A DNA stretch of 64,000 bases from Octopus vulgaris (taxonomy: Eukaryota): NCBI GenBank assembly GCA_951406725.2, contig OX597838.1, positions 28,768,001 to 28,832,000 on the forward strand. The letters run 5' to 3'. Below are positions 38,379 through 48,780 of the stretch, piece by piece; within the stretch, counting starts at the first letter, position 1, and every line of letters starts with the position of its first letter. The notes beneath the pieces were generated by a model. That model saw only the letters and a list, made by a program, of their open reading frames with translations, searched no databases and had not been told where the DNA came from. The position numbers and the translations under genes are program-made.

Positions 38379-38973
38379 CTCGCTGACGAAGAAGGTGAAA
38401 TTGTCTAATAAATTCTTAAGTATTTTAAGTCGCCATAATTATCTTTTATTTTTGCTGAGTTTTACGTTTTCTAGTTTCTTTCCGTTTCGCTGAAATATTT
38501 AATTATAAACAAGAATTACATCATTAGAAATGTTTTTTTAAAATATTATAATGGCGTGGAATATTTCGTTTTGGGAGGGAAAAGCGAGATAAATGTGTGT
38601 GTGTGTCTGAATGAATGAGACTGTGTGTGGGTATTTATGCGTATTTACGTGTATGTGTTTGTGTGTCAGAATCTGATTGTGTATGTGTCTGACTGAAGAG
38701 AAAATGTGTACGTGGATATATGTGTGTGCGCACGCGCGCATCCGTATACGTATCTGTGACTATAGGGAAAGTGTGTGTATGTCTAATGAATAAGAAAGTG
38801 TGTGTGTGTGTGTGTTTGAATAGGATTGCGTGTATGTGATTAAAGAGCGTGAGTATATGTATACGTATCTGTATGTACGTGAAAATGTGTGTGTTTTTAT
38901 ATGTGTATCTAACTAAAGATAGAAGGCATTTGTGTGTACGTGTCTGCGTTTGAAATATATATATATATATATA

Positions 38974-39213
38974 GGTACTACTAGCAAACAGTGGTCCCGG
39001 TGCGCGCACTCGCGCGAGCTAGTCATAACTGGTCGATCCATACTTTGTGTTTTATTTACTTTGTTTAAAAAATTATTTACTTTGTGTAAAAAAAAGTATT
39101 TATTTTGTGTTTCATTTACTTTGATAGGTAGTCGTTGTAGGATCGACTAGTCACGACTATCTAGCGCGAGTGCGCGTGTTCGCGCACCAGGACCACTGTT
39201 CGCTAGTAGTACC
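38974..39213. mobile_element. GC-rich-ended MITE inserted in (TA)n
   Basis: TIRs GGTACTACTAGCAAACAGTGGTCCCGGTGCGCG / CGCGCACCAGGACCACTGTTCGCTAGTAGTACC, AT-rich middle, TA flanks. Confidence 0.82.
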
Positions 39214-39387
39214 TATATATATATATATAAATGCAGTGTCCATTTAAACACATAAGAGATGGCCATAACAGGACAACTAATTCGCTAGAAGTAGTAGTTA
39301 AACTCCAAACCACCATTAGGGGTAATTTCGAAAGGGAATGAAAAATAAAAAAACATTTACCCTCTATTTATTAATAATGAATTTATT

Positions 39388-39453
<66 letters not shown>

Positions 39454-39587
39454 AGTAGTTGAATGAATTATCTTATTAAGGATAATTCGAATTAACCGAT
39501 ACCTGGGTAGCAAATTCACATCAGAAAAAACACGGTTGAAGTGTCGAAAATAAAGGAATTTTGTTAATTCGTCGTTCAGCTCCATTC

Positions 39588-39617
<30 letters not shown>

Positions 39618-39621
<4 letters not shown>

Positions 39622-42180
39622 ATAATAAATAATAATAATAATAATAATAATTGTGTACAGTGCTCAGGTGCACTACAACTCATCTAAAGTGTATATATAA
39701 TCAGGTGAAGTTTCGGCGGATTTCGGAAAGCATGAGGGCCTTAAAAGATGCAGTGTCATGGCAGTCAACAACTGACGCAGGCAGTTTATTCCATGCTTCA
39801 GCAACTCTGAGCGTGAAAAAATGTTTCCGAAAGTCATGGGAGCTGTATTGTTTTCTGACTTTGTAGGCATGTCCACGTGTGTTAGACACATGGAGATCAA
39901 AAAGGTGTTCAGTGTTGTTGTTGGTGAGGTGGTTGATAACTTTGTGGGTGTTTACCAAGTCCGTCGCCAAACGCCGGAGCTTCAGTGAATCCATGCCCAG
40001 GGAAACAAGGCGCTCAGAATATGGTAGGTGTCTGATGGAGGGTATGCGTTTGGTTGCACGTCTCTGGACAGATTCCAGGAGGTCAATGTTCTGTGCAAGA
40101 TAGGGGTTCCAAACTGATGATGCGAATTCCAAGTGTGGTCGTACCATAGCTGTATACAGTTTTAAATAGATGGCTGGAGAGCGGCTAACAAAAGACCTGC
40201 TGAGTGATGCCAAGACACCCTCGGCCTTCCTGACAATCTTAGAGATATGCTTTGACCAACGCAAATCACTGCTGACAGTGATGCCTAGGTCACGCTCGCA
40301 AGAGGATTTCTTGATATCAGTGTTGTGGAGGGAGTATGTGAACGCAGGGTTTTTTCTCCCAAAATGCATGGTGGTACACTTGTCCACAGCCAGTTTCAGT
40401 TGCCAGTCTGTGATCCATTGCTGCATTGTGTCTAGGTCTGATTGCAGGAAAGAGTTGTAGACATCAGGATCTGTCCTCTTGATTTCAAGGTACAGCTTGA
40501 TGTCGTCTGCATATTTCAATACTGTGGCATTCTTTAAATTGGCATCTATGTCGTTAATGTATGCCACAAACAAGAGGGGGCCAAGGACAGATCCCTGTGG
40601 TACACCCGATGACATCTCATATGGTGTAGAGTGCTGTCCTAGAACTGTGACTACCTCCTTTCGGCTGAGGATGAAGGATTTCAACCAGTTAAAAAGGTCA
40701 TCCCCCACACCCATTGCAGAGAGTTTCACCATAAGCCTTTTGTGTGGCACAGAGTTGAAAGCCTTAGCAAAGTCAAGGTAGACAACATCCACCCATGAGC
40801 CACTGTCAGTAATCTGAGTAATGTCCTCAAGGAACTCGACAAGCTGGTCACTGCAGCTGGAGTTAGGGACAAATCCATATTGTGAGGGTCGGATGAGACT
40901 GTGAGAGCTCCAGAAGTTCCAGAGTGTTTCTCTGACACACGATTCCATCAGTTTTGCAATACAGCTAGTGAGACTGACTGGGCGATAGTTGACAGGTGAT
41001 GTGCGGTCGCCCTTTTTGAACAGAGGAATGACACTGGCAGTTTTCCACTGCTCCGGAGTAGCACCATTGTTGAGACAGTACTGGAAGAAAATAGAAAGCT
41101 GGTGTAAAAGGAAGTGCCTGCCACGTTTGAGAAGCAGGTATGTAACTCCATCGAGACCAGGGGAGGCATAGTTGCGCTTATTTTGAAGGTGACGTCGCAG
41201 CATTGCAGGTGTAAATTCCATAGTTGTTATGGAGTTTGCTGTTAGTGATGGTGAAGATGGTACATTTTGACTTTCAACAGTGAATATGTTTGCATAGCAC
41301 TCGGCAATGAGTTCTGCGCATTCCTTGGGGTCGTCAGTGATCTGGTTTGTGTGAGGGTTGCGAAGAGGGCCCACTGGAGAGTGAGGTCTCTGCTTTGAGT
41401 GCACATATTTCCAGAAAACCTTGCTGTCAGGATTGGCTGCTATGCACTGTTCAAATTCAAGCACTGCTTTTTTTGTCACTTGCTTGAGATGGTTGGAGGA
41501 TTTATTCCGCTTCTTCCTGTTGGTGTCTGATTTATGCAACCTGTATTCCCGTTCAGCAGTCCGACGTTCCCTCCTGGCAAGTCGGACCGCTGAAGTTTCC
41601 CAAATTGCCCTTTTGGGGCGGTTCTTCTTTTTTTGTTTACGTGGCACTGATGCTGCACATGCTGCCCATATTGAGTCCAGGATACTCTGGAGTATAGTAT
41701 TCACATCTCCAGAGTTGTAGAATTCACGCCAGTTTGGGTGCTGTAGTTCAGTGTGGTACAGGTTCCAATCTGCTCTCTTCCAATCGAAGGAAGCAGATTG
41801 GAGATGGTTCAGGTTTTTGTTGCCCGCAAGAGCCAGATTGGCGATGATCATAGCATGATCAGAGTCACCTAGAGGTTCCTCCGTAGTGCAATTGATAACC
41901 GCTTCAGGAGTTGTGGTGAAGAGCAGGTCCAAGGTGTTGTCGCCTCTTGTTGGAGAGGTGACTACTTGTGACCAGTTTGAGTCCAGCACAAGCTCAACAA
42001 AATCGTTTGCACTCTGTGGCCAATGGAAGGTCTCCCAATCGATCTCAGGATGATTGAAATCGCCTGCAATAAACACATAAGTGGCTGTTTTCCTGGCAGC
42101 AGCTCGGAGGACATTGCAAAGCTGTGTGTCCCGATGGTAACTTGGGGGACGATAAACAACGCCAAGCAGGAGTGTTGACA
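39618..42180 (-). mobile_element. 5'-truncated CR1-group non-LTR retrotransposon (LINE) with (ATT)n tail, inserted in a (TA)n microsatellite
   Basis: Visibly more GC-rich than its flanks; (TA)n on both sides; short 3' UTR and trinucleotide tail at 39618-39650. Confidence 0.92.
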
Positions 42181-42181
42181 T
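39701..42181 (-). CDS. LINE ORF2: C-terminal half of the APE endonuclease plus reverse transcriptase, 826 aa uninterrupted
   Basis: Motifs YRPP, GDFN, TRGDNTLDL, SDH (APE); PGLDG, NYRPVSLTS, QYGF, YLDFAKAF, GVPQGSVLGP, YADD (RT); C-terminal TRGH...FFTLRVAEAWNKLP typical of the CR1 group. Confidence 0.93.
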   Translation of the reverse strand: MSTLLLGVVYRPPSYHRDTQLCNVLRAAARKTATYVFIAGDFNHPEIDWETFHWPQSANDFVELVLDSNWSQVVTSPTRGDNTLDLLFTTTPEAVINCTTEEPLGDSDHAMIIANLALAGNKNLNHLQSASFDWKRADWNLYHTELQHPNWREFYNSGDVNTILQSILDSIWAACAASVPRKQKKKNRPKRAIWETSAVRLARRERRTAEREYRLHKSDTNRKKRNKSSNHLKQVTKKAVLEFEQCIAANPDSKVFWKYVHSKQRPHSPVGPLRNPHTNQITDDPKECAELIAECYANIFTVESQNVPSSPSLTANSITTMEFTPAMLRRHLQNKRNYASPGLDGVTYLLLKRGRHFLLHQLSIFFQYCLNNGATPEQWKTASVIPLFKKGDRTSPVNYRPVSLTSCIAKLMESCVRETLWNFWSSHSLIRPSQYGFVPNSSCSDQLVEFLEDITQITDSGSWVDVVYLDFAKAFNSVPHKRLMVKLSAMGVGDDLFNWLKSFILSRKEVVTVLGQHSTPYEMSSGVPQGSVLGPLLFVAYINDIDANLKNATVLKYADDIKLYLEIKRTDPDVYNSFLQSDLDTMQQWITDWQLKLAVDKCTTMHFGRKNPAFTYSLHNTDIKKSSCERDLGITVSSDLRWSKHISKIVRKAEGVLASLSRSFVSRSPAIYLKLYTAMVRPHLEFASSVWNPYLAQNIDLLESVQRRATKRIPSIRHLPYSERLVSLGMDSLKLRRLATDLVNTHKVINHLTNNNTEHLFDLHVSNTRGHAYKVRKQYSSHDFRKHFFTLRVAEAWNKLPASVVDCHDTASFKALMLSEIRRNFT

Positions 42182-42323
42182 ATATATATATATATTGAAA
42201 GACTTCGCCAGGTGGTGCTATTAAGTTAGACATGGCCTGGGCCAATACTGGCCAAAACCTTTCTAAGTTATTCTAAGTTATATATATATACTTTATTTAA
42301 AGCAGCAGAAAATTCAACAAAAT

Positions 42324-42361
42324 CTGTTACTCTGAGTTTCTCGTTGCCGTTCATCAGACAG
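42324..42361 (-). ncRNA. Minimal hammerhead motif within a 46-bp-arm inverted repeat (42291-42413)
   Basis: Minus strand CTGT CTGATGA ACG-GCAA-CGA GAAA CTC-A-GAG TA ACAG; core intact, one mismatch at the base of stem II. Confidence 0.65.
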
Positions 42362-42470
42362 TTTTTGCTCAGAGTAACAGATTTTGTTGAATTTTCTGCT
42401 GCTTTAAATAGAGCATATTACTCTACCACTGGTATTTGAGTACTCTTTTTTCACATTTATGTGTTTACTC

Positions 42471-42513
<43 letters not shown>

Positions 42514-42773
42514 GTATCAATGAAATAGCAGCTGGAATGTGTAATAGACTTTATTCCTGCAATAAATCTATGGATACCAACATATTTTTGTATAATTTCT
42601 CTGCGTGTGTAAGTGTATGTATGTGTAAAAAAAAGTGCGTGGGTGAGATTGCGTACACGAGCGATTGAATATGTATTGGTTTATGAACATGTGTGACCAA
42701 TTGAGGAACTTCGTGTTGCCTTGATTTTTTTTTAATTCTTTCTCTCTTTTCGTTTTTGTTTTGTATAATATAT

Positions 42774-42820
42774 GGATCTTTTCGGTTTGAACGGCAGTTT
42801 TTAACAAACCGAAAAGATCC
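42774..42820. mobile_element. 47-bp mini-MITE of the GGATCTTTTCGGTTTG family
   Basis: 16-bp TIRs; perfect 8-bp TSD taatatat at 42766-42773 and 42821-42828. Confidence 0.82.
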
Positions 42821-42902
42821 TAATATATTCCTTCTCACTGAATTATTGCAATTATTTTTGTTCCTCACCACACTGTCGTGTGTGTATGCATTATTCTCGT
42901 TA

Positions 42903-43505
42903 TTCTTTCACTTGTTTCAGTCATTTGACTGCGGCCATGCTGCAGCACCGCCTTTAGTCGAACAAATCGACCCCAGGACTTATTCTTCGTAAGCCTAGTA
43001 CTTATTCTATCGGTCCCCTATAGCTGAATCGCTAAGTTACGGGGGAACGTAAACACACCAACATCGATGTCAAGCGATGGTGGGGGACAAACACACACAA
43101 AGATCCGTAATTTTTCCCCCTTTTAACTTCTAAACCCCTTAGAAGCTACTCTTTACACTTTTACTTGTTTCAGTCATTTGACTGTGGCCATGCTGGAGCA
43201 CCGCCTTTAGTCGAGCAAATCGACCCCAGGACTTATTCTTTGTAAGCCTAGTACTTATTCTATCGGTCTCTTTTGCCGAACCGCTAAGTTACGGGGACGT
43301 AAACACACCAGTTGTCAAGCGATGTGGGGGGGGGGGGCAAATACAGACACACAAACACATACATATACATATATACGACGGGCTTCTTTCAGTTTCCGTC
43401 TACCAAATCCACTCACAAGGCATTGGTCGGCCCGAGGCTATAGTAGAAGACACTTGCTTAAGGTGCCACGCGGCGGGGCTGAACCCGGAACCATGTGGTT
43501 GGTAA
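42903..43505 (-). mobile_element. SINE family A: a 3' half (42903-43098) plus a near full copy (43150-43505)
   Basis: Match to the family A consensus. Confidence 0.82.
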
Positions 43506-43537
43506 GGAAGCCATAATACTTCTTTAAAATATGCATT

Positions 43538-43946
43538 GGATCTTTTCGGTTTGAACGGCAGATTTTCTAGCGGTGTCATATGAAATTGTCACCCATAATT
43601 ATGACCCTAGTATCGATCTATTGCATTTCAATCTGTTTTAGGGTTAGGGGTGGGGAAAGGGTATCTTTTCTTCTTCAGAAATGTAAATAAACCCAATCTG
43701 CTTCTTAAACGAGGGACATATTCATACGGCACAGAATGTTTTCACCTCCATAGACGTCATTGATTGATTGAGATTGCAGAAATTGTAGAAAAAAACAAAC
43801 AAATATCTTACAAACTATAGAATTTTCTCAATAAAGCCAAGAGAAAAAGATGTTTTATAAACACATTCTACCAGTATACGAAGTTTAAAAGTGTTTAGTT
43901 ACGTGGAAATTATTTTAAAAAACTGCCTTTCAAACCGAAAAGATCC
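43538..43946. mobile_element. MITE, GGATCTTTTCGGTTTGAACGGCAG family, about 410 bp
   Basis: 24-bp TIRs; internal TTAGGG-like repeats; no matching TSD. Confidence 0.82.
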
Positions 43947-44126
43947 GTAATTTGACATATTACAGCAGAATATAAGATGTGTGTAGACAAAAACGAAACA
44001 AATGCTACATATACGCGTGTCTATTATTTGAATCAATAAACACGCAGGTGTGACTGAAGGCCACCTATTTAAACGTATAGCAGGTATAACGAGATCCGTA
44101 CAATGATAAAACAGTTTTAGATGATA

Positions 44127-44736
44127 CTAACAGTATCGCACGGCGTTGCTCGGGTTTGTAAGGGAAATAACTATATAAGCATTTTTAGAGTTATAGCCAA
44201 AAAAGAGCAAAAAAATGCATTAAAATGGAAAAAAATGATGGTAAATTTTTTTTAATCGTTGACTCATCGTAGACATTTTTAGAGAGTTACTTCCCTTCTA
44301 TAATAGCGAAAAAAAATGCATTAAAATGAAAAAAAATGATGGTAAATTTTTTTTAAAATCGTTGACTCATCGTAGACATTTTTAGAGAGTTACTTCCCTT
44401 ATATAATAGCAAAAAAAATGCATTAAAAATAGAAAAAAAATGATGGTAAATTTTTTTTAAATCGTTGACTCATCGTAGACATTTTTAGAGAGTTACTTCC
44501 CTTATATAATAGCGAAAAAAATGCATTAAAATGAAAAAAATGATAGTAAATTTTTTTTTTTTTAATCGTAGACTCATCGTAGACGCGCGCTAATACCCAG
44601 AAGGGCTCGATATGAATCACGACTATAAGATACCCGGTTTTAGTTAAACTGCACCGCAAAATGTGGGAGTAGTTAGGAATCTAAATCGTAGGAGACAGAC
44701 AGCACACAACCCCACTTTTATATATAAAGAAGAAGA
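44127..44736 (-). mobile_element. Non-autonomous Helitron (related to the 23011 copy) with internal tandem repeats of about 100 bp
   Basis: Shares the terminal cagtatcgc.cggcgttgctc.ggtttgtaagggaaataacta sequence; TC start on -; about 3.5 copies of aaaatgcattaaaat...gagagttacttccctt at 44210-44585. Confidence 0.78.
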
Positions 44737-44779
44737 TATCATAAACGTGTATAAAAATTTAAACCACGACATCAAAATT

Positions 44780-45040
44780 ATTAATGTCTACAGCGGTAAC
44801 CATGAACGCTCAACGCTCGTGTCTGATTCGCTCGGACTTGTCTTCTGATTGGCTGTCACTAAGGCATTCTACAGTAGCTTATATCAACCCACAATGCATT
44901 TCGCTGCCGGGCCACAGTCTGTTGTTGATGCCGTTACCAAGACAACGTGCTTGAAGCTTATAAGCAAACCTAAAGATGCGATGGCGTCGTTTTAACACTT
45001 TCACTTGAATTTTGTTATCGGTGCTTGTGAGGTTAGCATC
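44780..45040. promoter_or_regulatory. Putative promoter (CCAAT, ZNF143/Staf-like and RFX X-box motifs) in CpG-retaining unique sequence
   Basis: ATTGG at 44848-44852; AACCCACAATGCAT at 44886-44899; GTTACCAAGACAAC at 44933-44946. No linked coding exon identified. Confidence 0.4.
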
Positions 45041-45061
45041 ACTGTCACACGAACTAAAATC

Positions 45062-45478
45062 GGATCTTTTCGGTTTGAACGGCAGTTTTTAAAAATAATT
45101 TCTAGTTAACTAAACACTTTTAAACTTCGTAAACTGGTAGAATGTGTTTATAAAACATATTTTGCTCTTGGCTTTATTGAGAAAATTCTATAGTTTGTAA
45201 GATATTTGTTTTTTTTTTTCCCTGCAATTTCAACTAATCAATGACGTCTGTTGAGGTAAAAAAAAACATTCTGTGCCGTATGAATGTGTCCCTCGTTTAA
45301 GAAACAGATTGGGTTTATTTACATATGTGAAGGAAAAAAGATACCCTTCCCCCCACCCTTAACCCTAACCCTAAAAACAGATTGAAATGCAATAGATCGA
45401 TACTAGGGTCATAATTATGGGTGACAATTTCATATGACACCGCTAGAAAAAAAACTGCCGTTCAAACCGAAAAGATCC
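45062..45478. mobile_element. MITE, same family, inverted relative to the 43538 copy
   Basis: 24-bp TIRs; perfect 8-bp TSD ctaaaatc (45054-45061 and 45479-45486). Confidence 0.87.
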
Positions 45479-45513
45479 CTAAAATCTCCTATCCACACAC
45501 ACACATGTACATA

Positions 45514-45734
45514 CGAGAGGATGCCGAAAAGTTCTTGGCTTTAAGGGTCTTGCGAAAATCCTGGTTGGATACCCAAACCTTCCGAGTTCTTTACAGGGCT
45601 TAGAAAAAAACCCTAAAGAACCGCTGCAATATGTATCTGGATTTGAGAAGGGAACATGTTGAATAAAACCATAATTAACTGATCTTCCTGTATTTTCTTT
45701 AACCCAAAGCCAAGAACTTTTCAACCCTCCCTCG
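45514..45734. mobile_element. mariner-derived internally deleted element
   Basis: TA-CGAGAGG..AAAAGTTCTTGGCTTT / AAAGCCAAGAACTTTT..CCTCG TIRs; remnant of the transposase end (...EHVE-stop). Confidence 0.65.
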
Positions 45735-45964
45735 TGGGTGGGTGCATGTGTCTATGTATGTATTGCTCGAACTTAGCGCGAAGCTAAATCTTTGGTGTTG
45801 TCTTGCAATATTCAACATGGAAAATAAAGTGTCTGTTTCATTTATGCATCAATGCATCCGTTCGCATGGTTTGTGTGGAAGTATATAAGCGAATGTTCTA
45901 AATACCCATCTTGTTTTAAAAATCGTTTCAACCGTGACCCTCTCGTAAGCTTATATACTTTTCT

Positions 45965-46517
45965 ACTCTAAGCAGAAGGCCCGAAATTTTGGGGGAGGAG
46001 GCCAGTCTATTGGATCGACTCCAGTACGCAACTGGTACTTAATTTATCGACCCCGAAAGGATGAAATGCAAAGTCGACCTCGGCGGAATTTGAACTCAGA
46101 ACGTAAAGACAGATGAAATACCTATTTCTTTACTACCCACAAGGGGCTAAACACAGAGAGGACAAGCAAGGACAGACAAATGGATTAAGTCGATTATATC
46201 GACCCCAGTGCGTCGTAACCCGAAAGGATGAAAGGCAAAGTCGACCTCGGTTGAATTTGAACTCAGAACGTAGCGGCAGACGAAATATCTATTTCTTTAC
46301 TACCCACAAGGGGCTAAACATAGAGGGGACAAACAAGGACAGACATAGGTATGAAGTCGATTACATCGACCCCAGTGCGTAACTGGTACTTAATTTATCG
46401 ACCCCGAAAAGATGTAAGGCAAAGTCGACCTCGGCGGAATTTGAACTCAGAACGTAACGGCAGACGAAATACCGCTAAGCATTTCGGCTGGCATGCTAAC
46501 GATTTTGCCAGCTCACC
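45965..46517 (-). mobile_element. SINE family B concatemer (head plus about 3 units)
   Basis: Repeated body units joined at taaagaaata-g(g/a)tatttc. Confidence 0.82.
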
Positions 46518-46607
46518 GGGCTTCGCTGAGTAAATAGTACATATGTGTGTGCACGTATTATACGCGCACACACATTATACACATGACCTCTGGCTAAATA
46601 ACTTTAG

Positions 46608-46840
46608 GGCATAACTACAGTTTTGTACCCCCACCGACTTTGTTGCCTCATAACTTCCAGAAAAAGTTTCGGAAACCTCTCTTCCGAACCCCTCGGATAA
46701 ATTCTTTCCCATAATTCCCTATATGTTCTGCATTCACAACATCTAAGCGGTATTTGCTGAGAATTTCGTAAAGAAAGTATCCATTTTTCTGGAAGTTACG
46801 AGGCAACAAAGTCGGTGGGGTACACATCTGTAGTTATGCC
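46608..46840. mobile_element. MITE with about 58-bp TIRs (GGCATAACTACAG...)
   Basis: Long imperfect terminal inverted repeats; TSD not clear. Confidence 0.72.
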
Positions 46841-47399
46841 ACCTTTTACTGAGCCTCCCTCGACAAAAACTATTTTGAAGGTTGTTCCAAAATTGCTGGC
46901 CTTGTGTCAAAATTTGAAATAGAAACTGTTATGACTGGTCAGAGGATGACCATTGGTTTCACACCTTAGCTGGATAGGGAACTTGTCAGAATTAAATGGC
47001 TGGAGACACATAACCTATCAGAGGTTTTGAGCCTCCGATGTTCAGCTTTTTTGCTGAACGATCAGTCCAAAGGATTTGTTTATGGTGATCAAATGTCCAT
47101 GATCACTCTCCATCAAACTGATGTTGTCTGGACAAGAGCACCATGTGTCACGTGCCAGGTGTCGAAGGGATTGTAGAGCAACATGAGATGAAGTGTCTTG
47201 CTCAAGAACACAACATACCATCTGATCTAGGAATTGAAACCACCATTTCATGATCCTGAGTACAATACACTAACCACTTAGCCATGCGCCTTCACAAACA
47301 TACACACACACACACACTATATCATGAGCAATGGTCATGATTGGACAACAATCTCATCCCATGTATGCATATCTTCTCTTTCTCTTCTTAATTTAGAGT

Positions 47400-48410
47400 A
47401 AATTTTAACTGGCCACAAGACTTGGTAGCAAGGTTGTAAGAGAAAGCATCTTCGTTTAACCATCATCCTTTAAATCTTAAGAAGGTCTTGCAGAGTTTTA
47501 TGTTCCAAGATATCATGATCATTTGTAGTGTACGAATTAAGGATTAGCATTCTCTCCCCAAGATTGCAAGTTCGGCCATACTTTGTTCCATACAGGTCAG
47601 TTATGTACCCTGTTGCTGCAATAATGATGGGTATGAAACTGAAGGTGTATCTTGGGTACTGGATTTGCAAACTTCTTATCAATTGGCCATGGATGGCCGC
47701 TTTCTCTTGTATTTTTCTAACCACATTCATGTCCAGTGGGTAGCTGATTTCCGAAGCTGAACAAATCATTTGTTCGTGGTCCCACACAATAATATCTGAC
47801 CAGTTGTATTTTTAACTTTCGAGTTCCACCAGTATTCTTTTAAACCATCCATCTCAATATAGTCAAACTCATTGGTAGGTGTTCTCTTTTTTGCTATCCT
47901 CTTCCAGACCATTCTTATTTCTTTATTGCCCACAAGGGGCTAAACATAGAGGGGACAAACAAGGACAGACAAAGGGATTAAGTCGATTACATCGACCCCA
48001 GTGCGTAACTGGTACATAATTTATCGACCCTAAAAGGATGAAAGGAAAAGTCAACCTCGGCGGAATTTGAACTTCGAACGTAAAGACAGACGAAATACCG
48101 CTAAGCATTTTGCCCAGCCTGCTAATGTTTCTGCCAGCTCGCCGCCTTCCAGACCATTCTGGTCACTGTATCATGTCTCATGGAAAGATAATACGAGGAG
48201 CATATGAAAAGTTTTGAGCCTTGAAGTCTTGTCCCTTCATCAGAAGTCTTGTACCATGTTTTGTTTTTTTGAAGCTCAAGACTTTTCATTTACCCTTCAT
48301 ATACAGAAGACATTCTCTGACTTTTGGCAATAATGTGGTTGATGTCTTTAATTTTAGGCTTGTAAAACCTACATTTGTTGTCTGTGAACGTTTTCTGCCT
48401 TTTATATTGT
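47400..48410 (-). pseudogene. Fossil restriction-like-endonuclease (R2/R4/NeSL-type) non-LTR retrotransposon 3' region
   Basis: CSSYYLSMRHDTVTRMVW, KEYWWN, N..DIIVWD...EISYPLD.N....QEK...GQLIR.LQ..YP.Y.F.FIPIII: the PD-(D/E)xK domain pattern; interrupted by a SINE at 47916-48145. Confidence 0.72.
47916..48145 (-). mobile_element. SINE family B monomer with 15-bp TSD
   Basis: TSD cttccagaccattct at 47901-47915 and 48146-48160. Confidence 0.9.
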
Positions 48411-48430
48411 AGGTACTTGGTGGGAATGTA

Positions 48431-48751
48431 TTGTGTGTTTCTTCTCGAGTCACGCCTGGCTCATAAGGGCCAGTTTCCCAGTTTCCTTGGCGTATAGGTT
48501 CCCCACCTGGACGGGATGCCAGTCCGTCGCAGGTGAGCTGCTAGATGCAGGAGGAAAGAGTGAGAGAAAGTTGTGGCGAAAGAGTCAGCAAAAGTTAGCT
48601 ATTACCCTCTGCCGGAGCCGCGTGGAGCTTAGGTATTTCGCTCATAAGCACACACATCGCCCGGTCTGAGATTCGAACCCGCGATCCCTCGACCGTGAAT
48701 CCGCTGCTCTAACCACTAGGCCATATGCCTCCACTGGCCATGTGCCTCCAC
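48431..48751 (-). mobile_element. SINE family D variant with 17-bp TSD and a duplicated 5' end
   Basis: TSD tacttggtgggaatgta at 48414-48430 and 48752-48768; central cctgcgacggactggcatcccgtccagg resembles V/Meta-type SINE domains. Confidence 0.85.
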
Positions 48752-48780
48752 TACTTGGTGGGAATGTAAGTATGTATTAC

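Noticed and set aside
39879-41720. Plus-strand ORFs of 60-100 aa inside the LINE
   Set aside because: Antisense shadows of the RT ORF with no independent motifs.
43636-43652. TTAGGG repeats as interstitial telomere (also about 45356-45373)
   Set aside because: Only two to three units, and they are an internal part of the MITE family.
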